From the NCBI GenBank assembly GCA_963795085.1, contig CAWCFX010000006.1:224001-288000 (forward strand): a stretch of DNA of 64,000 bases, read 5' to 3'. Positions 22,898 through 30,788 of this stretch are shown in pieces; position 1 is the stretch's first letter; every line of letters starts with the position of its first letter. A program made the position numbers and the translations under genes. The DNA comes from an uncultured Gemmatimonadales bacterium. Lineage in GTDB: Bacteria > Gemmatimonadota > Gemmatimonadetes > Gemmatimonadales > GWC2-71-9. Under the pieces are notes generated by a model. That model had not been told where the DNA came from. It was given only the letters and a program-made list of their open reading frames with translations, and did no database searches.

Positions 22898-22951
22898 GCT
22901 TTCCTCCTGGCGGGGATCCGACGGCCGGGGCGGCCTGGCACATGGGTCATG

Positions 22952-22966
22952 GCAGGACCCGTACCA
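22952..22966 (-). promoter_or_regulatory. Sigma-54 (-24/-12) promoter candidate for the sigma-28 gene
   Basis: TGGTACGGGTCCTGC = GG-N10-GC, about 55 nt upstream of the ATG. Confidence 0.55.
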
Positions 22967-23055
22967 GTCCTTGCAGCACCGTGGTATCTCGCGGAAGTTC
23001 AAACGGCCAAGGATCTTAGGCGAGATCGGAGCCGCACTCCAAGCCCGGAAAACGC

Positions 23056-23090
23056 GTCAGCCACTGCCAAATTCATTGGCAGTGGCTGAC
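23056..23090 (-). terminator. Perfect 15-bp inverted repeat: terminator of the NTF2-like gene and/or a protein-binding site
   Basis: gtcagccactgccaa-attca-ttggcagtggctgac; followed by gcgttttcc on the minus strand. Confidence 0.6.
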
Positions 23091-23130
23091 AGCTATACAC
23101 CGACGAAGGACCAGCCGCCGGAGCCTGGAC

Positions 23131-23679
23131 CTACCGGTCCTTCAGATAGTCGGGGGGCAGCGTAAGGCCCGGGCGCTCGGCATCCCACAGGATGTTCATC
23201 ACCCACCAGCGGGTACCATCATGAAAGAGCTGGATGCTGTTGATCCCGCGAGCAAAGGCCAGCGTGTCAGACGCTGCCCGGCGGGAATCGTAGGTGCTGA
23301 ATCGGTGCACCATCTGGCCGAAGCGCTCACTGCGGTGCGCCAGCTCTCGCTCGAAAAACCCTTCCCGTTTGAAGTACGGCTCCGCGCCGGCGATCCAGTC
23401 GGCCAGGGTCATTACCCGAAGTCCATAGCCGCTCTCGGCCCGGACCACCGGGATCAGCCGCGCCTCCGGATGGAACAGGCTTCGCATCCGGTCCCAGTTT
23501 CGGGGTGCGCCCGCCGGACCGGAGATGACGTCGTACAATGCCCGGACGATCGCCTCTTCGGAGCCGACATCGGCGGGATTGGCGGCGGAGGCCGCCGGGG
23601 ATGATTGCTGCGCAGCCATCGGAGCGGTGGCGGCCAGCGCCAGGAGCGCCCCGGCCAGCGCGAAACGGGGAACCTTCAT
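23131..23679 (-). CDS. Secreted NTF2/SnoaL-like protein
   Basis: Signal peptide; LYDVISGPAG..RNWDR..LF, GFFERE, RGINSIQL, RWW..ILWD; AAAGGAG RBS. Confidence 0.8.
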   Translation of the reverse strand: MKVPRFALAGALLALAATAPMAAQQSSPAASAANPADVGSEEAIVRALYDVISGPAGAPRNWDRMRSLFHPEARLIPVVRAESGYGLRVMTLADWIAGAEPYFKREGFFERELAHRSERFGQMVHRFSTYDSRRAASDTLAFARGINSIQLFHDGTRWWVMNILWDAERPGLTLPPDYLKDR

Positions 23680-23693
23680 CGGTGAATCTCCTT

Positions 23694-23720
23694 TCAAGTT
23701 TTTGTGCCAAATGACGATAG
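23694..23720 (+). promoter_or_regulatory. Sigma-28-type promoter
   Basis: TCAAGTTT-N11-GACGATAG versus enteric consensus TAAAGTTT-N11-GCCGATAA. Confidence 0.7.
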
Positions 23721-23765
23721 TCTGGGAAGAGCGGTTTCACCCGGGACCATCCGCGAGGGGGATGT

Positions 23766-23930
23766 GTGGCCCATACGCCCAAAATGCCGCCGACGGAAAG
23801 CACCCTCGATCGCGGGGACATCCGCCGGGCCCTGCAACGCCTTGCCTCCGGATACTACAATCGGCCGGAGGTGCTCCGGGTCATCGCCCGCAGGATTCTT
23901 CTGTTGGATGAGGAAAGCGTCACGCCCTGA
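23766..23930 (+). CDS. Small FlgM-like (anti-sigma-28) protein, 54 aa, absent from the ORF track
   Basis: MAHTPKMPPTESTLDRGDIRRALQRLASGYYNRPEVLRVIARRILLLDEESVTP; GAGGGG RBS; resembles the FlgM C-terminal helices; alternative ATG at 23784. Confidence 0.6.
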   Translation: MAHTPKMPPTESTLDRGDIRRALQRLASGYYNRPEVLRVIARRILLLDEESVTP

Positions 23931-23943
23931 GCCCCGAAGCCCG

Positions 23944-24008
23944 ATTCCAAAATTCCCTCAATTCCAAAATTCCCTCAATTCCAAAATTCCCTCAATTCCC
24001 TCAATTCC
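23944..24008. repeat. AT-rich tandem repeat, 3 x ATTCCAAAATTCCCTCA plus partial units
   Basis: Exact 17-mers at 23944, 23961 and 23978, then attccctca attcc. Confidence 0.95.
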
Positions 24009-24070
24009 TTTCCCTCTGGCCGCCCAGCCTGCCGGGTAGCTATACTTCCCCCGCCTCCACCCCTCCATCC

Positions 24071-24415
24071 GTGACCTACTCGCCGGCCGATGCGATCGCG
24101 GCCTTTCAGACGCTGGACTTGCGCATAGGGCGGATCCTCCGCGCGGAACTCAACGCGGGTGCCCGGAAACCCGCCTACAAACTGTGGCTGGACCTGGGCC
24201 CCGAGGGAGAACGCACCTCGAGCGCTCAGCTGGTAGATCTCTACCAGCCAGCGGACCTGGTCGGCCGGCTGGTGATCGCCGCGGTCAACCTGGGCAGCCG
24301 CCGGGTAGCCGGGTTCGATTCTCAAGTCCTCGTTCTCGGCCTCCCCGATGCCCTGGGACGGGTGGTCCTGCTGGCGGTGGAGCGGGAAGTGCCGCTCGGC
24401 GGCCGGGTTTACTAG
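24071..24415 (+). CDS. csaA: tRNA-binding / CsaA-like OB-fold protein
   Basis: [43 protein letters not shown]. Confidence 0.85.
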   Translation: MTYSPADAIAAFQTLDLRIGRILRAELNAGARKPAYKLWLDLGPEGERTSSAQLVDLYQPADLVGRLVIAAVNLGSRRVAGFDSQVLVLGLPDALGRVVLLAVEREVPLGGRVY

Positions 24416-24423
24416 GAATCCCC

Positions 24424-24810
24424 ATGCGACAGAATTTCGCCACCGGAACCGCCTGGGAACCGATCGTGGGATACTCCCGCGCCGTGCGGGTAGGAAACGT
24501 CGTCCACGTCTCCGGCACCACCGCGACGACCGCCGAGGGAACCATCGCCCACCCGGGCGATGCCTACCGCCAGGCGGTCCAGGCCCTTCGCAATATTGCC
24601 ACGGCGCTGGAACGGGCGGGCGCCCGGTTGGACCAGGTGGTCCGGACCCGAATGTTCGTCACCGATATCGCCCGCTGGGAGGAAGTGGGGCGCGCCCACG
24701 GGGAAGTCTTCGCCGCCATTCGACCGGCCACCTCCATGGTGGAAGTGTCCCGGCTGATCCACCCCGACATGCTGGTCGAAATTGAAGCCGAAGCCATCAT
24801 CACCGACTGA
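24424..24810 (+). CDS. RidA/YjgF family protein
   Basis: [47 protein letters not shown]. Confidence 0.9.
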   Translation: MRQNFATGTAWEPIVGYSRAVRVGNVVHVSGTTATTAEGTIAHPGDAYRQAVQALRNIATALERAGARLDQVVRTRMFVTDIARWEEVGRAHGEVFAAIRPATSMVEVSRLIHPDMLVEIEAEAIITD

Positions 24811-24837
24811 GATTCCCGATCCCCTCGCGAGGTCATC

Positions 24838-25626
24838 GTGCCCCACGCCCTGATCCAGGTTGACGCGTTCACCGACCGGGCCTACGGAGGCAACCCCGCA
24901 GCGGTGCTGGTCCTTCCCGAACCCGCCGAACCCGCCTGGATGCAGGCGGTGGCCCGGGAGATGAATCTCTCCGAAACGGCCTTCGTCACCCGCGAGGGCG
25001 ATGGATTCCGGCTGCGCTGGTTCACGCCCCGGATGGAGGTGGACCTGTGCGGCCACGCGACGCTCGCATCGGCGCATGTCCTGTGGGAAACCGGGGAACA
25101 GGGCGCCGACCAGGCGATCGGATTCCAGACCAACAGCGGCGTGCTGACCGCAACCCGGCAGGGCAACTGGATCGAACTGGATTTTCCCGCGGAGTACGAG
25201 GAGTACTGCGCCGCCCCCCTGGAACTGACCGAAGCGCTTGGCGTGGCCATGCAATACGTGGGACGCAATCGGTTCGACTACCTCATCGAGGTCGAAAACG
25301 AGAAGGTGCTCCGCGCACTGGAGCCCAACCTCGCCATTCTCGAGTCCATTCCCGCCCGCGGGTTTATTCTCACCTGCCCGTCCGCGGTCGCCGAGTACGA
25401 CTTTGTCTCCCGCTTCTTCGCCCCGGCGCTCGGGGTCCGGGAAGACCCGGTCACCGGCTCCGCGCACTGCTGCCTGGCGCCCTTCTGGGCCACCCGGCTG
25501 GGGAAAGACAGGATGGTGGGATATCAGGCATCCGAGCGAGGCGGCGTGGTGCGGGTACGCGTCGATGGCGACCGAGTCCGGCTGGGGGGCCAGGCGGTGA
25601 CCGTGATGCGGGGAGAACTGGTCTGA
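24838..25626 (+). CDS. PhzF family isomerase (second paralogue, Cys-type)
   Basis: QVDAFT, GNPAAV, EMNLSETAF, EVDLCGHATLA, EDPVTGSAHC. Confidence 0.92.
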   Translation: MPHALIQVDAFTDRAYGGNPAAVLVLPEPAEPAWMQAVAREMNLSETAFVTREGDGFRLRWFTPRMEVDLCGHATLASAHVLWETGEQGADQAIGFQTNSGVLTATRQGNWIELDFPAEYEEYCAAPLELTEALGVAMQYVGRNRFDYLIEVENEKVLRALEPNLAILESIPARGFILTCPSAVAEYDFVSRFFAPALGVREDPVTGSAHCCLAPFWATRLGKDRMVGYQASERGGVVRVRVDGDRVRLGGQAVTVMRGELV

Positions 25627-25633
25627 CGTCGAG

Positions 25634-26794
25634 TCAGTCGAGGTAGGACTCGGTGACCTGGACCGGGAAGTAGCGGGTGCTGCGGGACCCGATGCCCAGC
25701 TGGCCCAGCCGGTTCCATCCCCAGCAAAAGACCCCTTCCTTCTTGGTGAGCGCGCAGGTGTGGTTCCCACCGGCGGTGACACCGGTAAACTCGTGATCCC
25801 CCGTGACCTGGACCGGTATCAGGGTCGCAGCCTCCTGCCCGTTGCCCAGCTTGCCGTAGGTATTGGCACCCCAGCAATAGAGCTTCCGGGACAGGGTGAC
25901 GCCACAGGCATGGTAGGAGCCGACCGCGATCCCTTCAAACCGGAGCACCCCGTAAAGGGGGACCGGGACGGTGACGTAGGTAAGCGAACTCGTGCCGGTT
26001 CCCAGTTCGAACGAAACGTTGGACCCCCAGCAGTAGACCTGGCCCTGGGGGGTCAGCCCGCAGGAGAAAAAGTCACCGGTGCCGACGGACTGGAAAACCA
26101 GGCCCCCCGCCACCGGCACCGGCACTGAACTCGAGACCAGCGTGCCGTTGCCCAGTTTGCCGTAGAGATTGTCGCCCCAGCAGTAGGCCGCCCCTCCCAC
26201 CGTGAGCCCACAGGTGTGGAAGAGACTGGTCGAGATCTGGGTGAACCGGAACTGGCCCGACACCGGCACCGGGACAAACTGGTCCTCATGGACGCCGTTG
26301 CCCAGTTCGCCGTCCAGCCCGCTTCCCCAGCAATAGCCACTCCCGGACGGCGTCACCCCGCAGGTATAACCGGTTCCCGCACTGATGGTCCGGAAGCGGT
26401 GGCCCCCGGCAACCTTGACCGGGATCTTGGACTTGAAGGTGGCACCAGGGTCCCCCAGGGCACCCACCGCGTTGCCGCCCCAGCACCATGCCGTGCCATC
26501 CTCCTCCAGGCCGCAGGTATGGGCGCTGCCCGCGGCAACGGTGACAAACCGCCGGTTGCCCGTGACCTTGATGGGGACCGTGTAATCAATGGTGTCGCCG
26601 GGGCCGAGCTGGCCGAAGCCCCCCCATCCCCAGCAATGGGCCGCTCCCGTCTTCAATAGCAGGCAGCCGTGATCATCGCCTCCGGAGACCCCCCGGATCA
26701 GGGAGATTTCTGTCGGGGCGGTGGACTCGCTGCAGGCAAGCAGGGCGGCAGCCAGTACGGAAACTATCGGGAAGGGACTGCGACGGCCTGTCAT
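25634..26794 (-). CDS. RCC1-repeat beta-propeller lipoprotein
   Basis: Lipobox LLAC; about seven HTCG...YCWG.N..G.LG.G...VPV repeats. Confidence 0.9.
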   Translation of the reverse strand: MTGRRSPFPIVSVLAAALLACSESTAPTEISLIRGVSGGDDHGCLLLKTGAAHCWGWGGFGQLGPGDTIDYTVPIKVTGNRRFVTVAAGSAHTCGLEEDGTAWCWGGNAVGALGDPGATFKSKIPVKVAGGHRFRTISAGTGYTCGVTPSGSGYCWGSGLDGELGNGVHEDQFVPVPVSGQFRFTQISTSLFHTCGLTVGGAAYCWGDNLYGKLGNGTLVSSSVPVPVAGGLVFQSVGTGDFFSCGLTPQGQVYCWGSNVSFELGTGTSSLTYVTVPVPLYGVLRFEGIAVGSYHACGVTLSRKLYCWGANTYGKLGNGQEAATLIPVQVTGDHEFTGVTAGGNHTCALTKKEGVFCWGWNRLGQLGIGSRSTRYFPVQVTESYLD

Positions 26795-26926
26795 AGGTCA
26801 CCCATCGAAGAAACGCGATGCTTCGCGGAGACGCTGAGGCACAATGGCCAACTTAACTCCGGGACCAGCCCTGACAAGATGTTGCCGATTGAAACTGGGA
26901 CCAGGGTGGGTGGCTGGTATGTAGGG

Positions 26927-27105
26927 GAGACGAATCCCTGGGGCACGAGCGCACCAGAACGCAGTTGATGCCCGCTCCCGGATTCGTGGCGGCAGCGGAC
27001 GGCAGCTCCCGCAGGCCCGACCGGCACGTCGGCGAAGGGTGCCCACTTCGCCGCGAACCCCGTTCACGGGCCCGACGGCGGCGTACCAGGCGGGGGTCGA
27101 GTCTC
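26927..27105 (+). ncRNA. ssrS: Probable 6S RNA (SsrS-like)
   Basis: About 179-nt rod: gagac/gtctc, cctgg/ccagg, gaacg/cgttc closing stem, central bubble with ttcg-ccg-cgaa 3' hairpin; 3' motifs GGGTGCCCAC, GTTCA, ACGGCGGCG. Confidence 0.6.
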
Positions 27106-27345
27106 ACTTCCCGATTCCCGCGGGGCCGGGGTGGAAGGATTCGCCGGCGGCATCGCCGCGCAACCCCTGTCCGCACCCAGAATCGGTCCCGCCCGTGGGT
27201 GCGGGGGCCCCGCCCCCCCTTACGGGGAATATCGCGGAATTTTTCGTCGCCCTGGTAACCAGAATCCCCTCAGGGGTAGCATTTTCGCGCCGACATTCCT
27301 AGCCTCTCTTGATTCGCTCCCAACAACCTCGCCCTGGAGAATTGC

Positions 27346-28257
27346 ATGCACCCCATTTGCTTTGGACTCGGCCTTCTGGCCTGCTGCCTCATGCCGCCCG
27401 CGCTCCCCGCCCAGCAGGACCTGAGCGAGGCCACGGTAACCCCGGTACGGCTGACCAGCCGACTCCACGTACTGCATGGGCCCGGAGGCAACGTCGGTGT
27501 CTCCAGCGGGCCTGACGGGATCTTCCTTATTGATGACCAGTTTGCCCCGGTAACCGACAAGATCCGGGCGGCGATCGCCACGTTCGACAGCGGCGCGATC
27601 CGCTTTGTGCTGAACACTCACTGGCACGGCGACCACACCGGGGGCAATGAGAACCTCGGCTCCAGCGGCACGATTATCGTGGCCCAGGACGAGGTTCGCA
27701 CCCGGATGAGCACCGAACAGTTCCTCGAGGCCTTCAACCAGAGATACCCGGCCTCCCCGGCCGCGGCGCTTCCCGTGGTCACGTTCAGTGAGTCGGTCAC
27801 CTTTCATCTTAATGGGGAAACCATCTACGCCTTTCACGTTCCCGCCGCCCACACCGACGGTGACGCGGTGATTTACTTCAGGAAAGACAACGTCATCCAT
27901 GGCGGAGACGCGTTCTTCAACGGAATCTACCCGTTCATCGACGTTGGCAGCGGTGGATCCGTCGACGGGGTGATCGCGGCGGCCGACCGGATGCTCTCGG
28001 TCAGCAACGACAGCACCCGCTTCATTCCCGGCCACGGGCCCGTGGCGAGTCGCGCCGACCTCACCGCCTTCCGGGCCATGCTCGCCGCGGTGCAGGACCG
28101 GGTGAAGGCGGCCGTGGGCCGGGGCGAGTCGCTGGCCCAGGTCCAGGCCGCCCGGCCTACCGCCGAATTCGATGCCGCCTGGGGCAAGGGTTTCCTGCCG
28201 CCCGATCAGTTCGTGGCGATCGTCTACGCCAGCGCCCGGAAAACAGCGGGCCGATAA
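27346..28257 (+). CDS. Secreted MBL-fold metallo-hydrolase
   Basis: Signal peptide, NTHWHGDHTGGN, AHTDGD, IPGHG. Confidence 0.9.
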   Translation: MHPICFGLGLLACCLMPPALPAQQDLSEATVTPVRLTSRLHVLHGPGGNVGVSSGPDGIFLIDDQFAPVTDKIRAAIATFDSGAIRFVLNTHWHGDHTGGNENLGSSGTIIVAQDEVRTRMSTEQFLEAFNQRYPASPAAALPVVTFSESVTFHLNGETIYAFHVPAAHTDGDAVIYFRKDNVIHGGDAFFNGIYPFIDVGSGGSVDGVIAAADRMLSVSNDSTRFIPGHGPVASRADLTAFRAMLAAVQDRVKAAVGRGESLAQVQAARPTAEFDAAWGKGFLPPDQFVAIVYASARKTAGR

Positions 28258-28260
28258 CGA

Positions 28261-28914
28261 TCAGTCCAGCGCCAGGGTCGTGGGCTGGTGGAGAAGGCTG
28301 TCATCGTCGCCGATGAGAAGGCCTTCAAGCAGGCGATCCACTCCCGACGCATCGGTCGCCAGGAGGCGCAGCCCGGCTGCGTCCCGGGGCAGGTCGAAAA
28401 CCAGGCGAATGGTATAGGCTCCGCCGGCGGGCACCGGCCGGACCACAGGGCCCGGGTCGCCGGCAACGGCGGCCAGGGCCTGCTCCGCGTGGAGAGACGG
28501 GGCGTGGCGTCGGCCGGCCTGGTCCAGTACCCGAAACTCCGGCCGGCCCAGGTGAAGGGTGGCTCGGCGCGCATTGCTGCTGACCCGCAGGGTGACCAGG
28601 TGATAGACGCCGGCGGCCGGGAGAGTGCCCAATTGGTCCAGCTGCTCCACATCCTCGACCGCGATACCGAGGTGGCAGTCCAGGTAGAAGCCGCAGAACC
28701 GGAGCGTCTCGCCGCGCACCAAAATTCGCTCGCGACTGGTCAGTGAGGCGAACAGCAAGGCGCCGCCATAGGCCGCGACCCCGGCCAGCATGACCAGACG
28801 CAGCACCCGGCCGGCTTCCGGACGTCCCGCTCGAACCAGCAACTGCGCCAGGATCTCGCCTCCAGCAAGTCCTCCAATGAGCAGAAGCAACAGAAACGGC
28901 CCGAATCCGAACAT
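28261..28914 (-). CDS. Hypothetical membrane protein with C-terminal Ig-like (DUF4352-like) domain
   Basis: Two N-terminal hydrophobic segments, FCGFYLDCH, LVTLRVSS, LVFDLP; GGAGG RBS; last gene of the uppS operon. Confidence 0.6.
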   Translation of the reverse strand: MFGFGPFLLLLLIGGLAGGEILAQLLVRAGRPEAGRVLRLVMLAGVAAYGGALLFASLTSRERILVRGETLRFCGFYLDCHLGIAVEDVEQLDQLGTLPAAGVYHLVTLRVSSNARRATLHLGRPEFRVLDQAGRRHAPSLHAEQALAAVAGDPGPVVRPVPAGGAYTIRLVFDLPRDAAGLRLLATDASGVDRLLEGLLIGDDDSLLHQPTTLALD

Positions 28915-28965
28915 GGTCTCCTCCATCTGAGTGTGCGTGGAACCCGGCCTCTCGGGGGTCCCGGT

Positions 28966-29673
28966 TCAGCCCGCGGCCGGGACCCGCCCAAACCGCCGGT
29001 CCCGTGCCCGGAAATCCTCGAGCGCCCGGAGCAGGTCGGCCGGCGTGAACTCGGGCCACATGATATCGGTGAAGAAGAGTTCCGCATACGCGGACTCCCA
29101 GAGCAGGAAATCACTCAGCCGGCGCTCCGCCCCGGTCCGGATCAGCAGGTCAACGTCGCCCACCCCGCCCACGCTGTGACAGGCCGTCTCGATTCGGCGC
29201 CGAAACGCCTCTGCGGTATCACTTGGATTCCTTCCGGCTGCCGCGATCACCGATCGCGAGGAGTAGTCCACGGCCAGCCGGACCAGCAGCGACCGGCAAC
29301 CCCGGGTTAGGAGTTCCGCCTGTTCGATCGCCTGAAGCAACGCGCCGTCCATGCGGTCACGGCGGCCAATGACATTGAGCCGAACGCCCTGCCGCAGGCA
29401 GGCCCCCGCCTCCCGAACCAGAAAGCGCCGGAACAGCCGCATCAAGCCTCCAACTTCCGCCGGCGGCCGATGCCAGTTGTCTTCCGAGAAGGCGAACAGG
29501 GTCAGCACCGCCAAGCCCTGCCCGGCCGAGGCGCGAACGACCCGCCGGATCGCATCCGCGCCCGCCTGGTGTCCGTCCAGCCGGGGCCGGCCTCGCCGGG
29601 TGGCCCACCGGCCATTGCCATCCATGATGATCCCGAGGTGCAGCCCTGCCGTGTGCCAAGTACTTTGATCCAT
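28966..29673 (-). CDS. uppS: cis-prenyltransferase (undecaprenyl/decaprenyl diphosphate synthase family)
   Basis: GIIMDGNGRWA, GH..G, FAFSEDNW.RP, DLLIRT..E.RLSDFLLWESAYAEL, RRFG. Confidence 0.92.
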   Translation of the reverse strand: MDQSTWHTAGLHLGIIMDGNGRWATRRGRPRLDGHQAGADAIRRVVRASAGQGLAVLTLFAFSEDNWHRPPAEVGGLMRLFRRFLVREAGACLRQGVRLNVIGRRDRMDGALLQAIEQAELLTRGCRSLLVRLAVDYSSRSVIAAAGRNPSDTAEAFRRRIETACHSVGGVGDVDLLIRTGAERRLSDFLLWESAYAELFFTDIMWPEFTPADLLRALEDFRARDRRFGRVPAAG

Positions 29674-29677
29674 AAAG
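29657..29677. promoter_or_regulatory. Candidate operator copy 1, over the uppS start codon
   Basis: CAAGTACTT-N8-AAAG (palindromic core AAGTACTT); same motif and spacing at 30726. Confidence 0.6.
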
Positions 29678-29695
29678 TTTGCTCTCAAAAAAAAA

Positions 29696-30088
29696 TCAGC
29701 CCGCGCCCCCCCGGGTGGCGCGGATCAGGGCGTCCATGTGATCGAGATAGCGAGCCAGGGCTTGCCGACCCGCCCGGGTCAGCGCGTATTCGGTCCGGGG
29801 GATCCGGCCGTCAAACTGCTTGGTGCAACTCAGGTACCCGGCATCCTCCAGTTTGCGGGCGTGGACACTGAGGTTGCCATCGGTGGCGCCGAGCAGGGCC
29901 TTGAGATCGTTGAAGGTGAGGGTCGCGTTGACGGCGAGGGCGCTTACGATCGCGAGGCGGACCCGCTCGTGGATCAGACGGTCGAGACTCTGGGGATCGG
30001 TCCGGCTTCCCCGGACCGGGCCGAGCGCCGGCGCGGCCTCCTTGGGCCGGGCAGTCATCGCCTTCTGCGCCGCGCTGGATTTAGCCAC
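29696..30088 (-). CDS. Winged-helix transcriptional regulator (ArsR/MarR-like, HTH_34 type)
   Basis: LDRLIHERVRLAIVSAL, TDGNLSVHARKLE.AGY, PRTEY.LT..GR; GGAGG RBS. Confidence 0.9.
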   Translation of the reverse strand: MAKSSAAQKAMTARPKEAAPALGPVRGSRTDPQSLDRLIHERVRLAIVSALAVNATLTFNDLKALLGATDGNLSVHARKLEDAGYLSCTKQFDGRIPRTEYALTRAGRQALARYLDHMDALIRATRGGAG

Positions 30089-30692
30089 CGTACCTCCTCG
30101 CAATGACGTAGCCAAAGAGCATCTGGATCCCGCCAAACCCGAGCGCCATGAAGTGATCCCGCCAAACTGCCGGGGCGAAGAGGGCGGCGGTGCCGGTGGC
30201 CATGAGAGCCAGGCCGAACGCCGGGACCACCCGCACGGAGAAAGCCCCGGCGGCCAGTATCCCGGTGCCATACAGCAGCAACCAGACCCCGGGAATGGCC
30301 TCCAGCAGGCCAGCCCGGTACAGCACCAGTGTGAGGATACCTCCGACCAGCATCGGTGGCGCGAAACTGAGCAGGAATCGCCGGGCCGGGCCCGAGAGCA
30401 TGGGCTGGCCGGCCACTCTCGCCTTCCGGCGCACCGCCCACGCCGATATCACGAGGGCGAGGCCGGCTTCGGCGAACCATACGGTCATCCAGCGCTCGAA
30501 GGTCGGCTGCTGCCGCGCGATATAGGCGGTTCCCAGGGCGGTAATGCCGATGGCCACCCCACCCCAGCCCGGCACCGCGGTGAAGGCGGTCGCCCGTTCC
30601 ATGGTATTGCGGATGAACTGGAGGTTGTCCATCGCGCGGTGGTGCAACGCCGGCGGCGAATCGGAGGGAGCGCGGAGGGCGGGGGGAATCAT
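30081..30692 (-). CDS. Integral membrane protein of unknown function
   Basis: About six hydrophobic segments; AMDNLQFIR.TMER, GVWLLLYG, GFGG motifs; overlaps the regulator start. Confidence 0.8.
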   Translation of the reverse strand: MIPPALRAPSDSPPALHHRAMDNLQFIRNTMERATAFTAVPGWGGVAIGITALGTAYIARQQPTFERWMTVWFAEAGLALVISAWAVRRKARVAGQPMLSGPARRFLLSFAPPMLVGGILTLVLYRAGLLEAIPGVWLLLYGTGILAAGAFSVRVVPAFGLALMATGTAALFAPAVWRDHFMALGFGGIQMLFGYVIARRYGG

Positions 30693-30699
30693 GGCAGCC

Positions 30700-30728
30700 A
30701 AGTTACCCCTCCTGGCTACCATTGTCAA
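30700..30728 (-). promoter_or_regulatory. Sigma-70 promoter, probably leaderless
   Basis: TTGACA-N17-TAACTT-N7-ATG. Confidence 0.75.
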
Positions 30729-30746
30729 GTACTTCACAGAGCAAAG
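30726..30746. promoter_or_regulatory. Candidate operator copy 2, overlapping the -35 box
   Basis: CAAGTACTT-N8-AAAG. Confidence 0.6.
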
Positions 30747-30788
30747 CGAGTCTCCCCGCGACCCCGTGGCGGCGCCCCGAGGGATGCA

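Noticed and set aside
23944..24008. Possible CRISPR array
   Set aside because: Contiguous 17-mers without spacers and no cas genes
26927..27230. tRNA, tmRNA or short ORFs in the structured intergenic region
   Set aside because: No cloverleaf, T-loop with CCA end or tag frame; overlapping ORFs lack RBS and motifs; a 6S-like fold fits better
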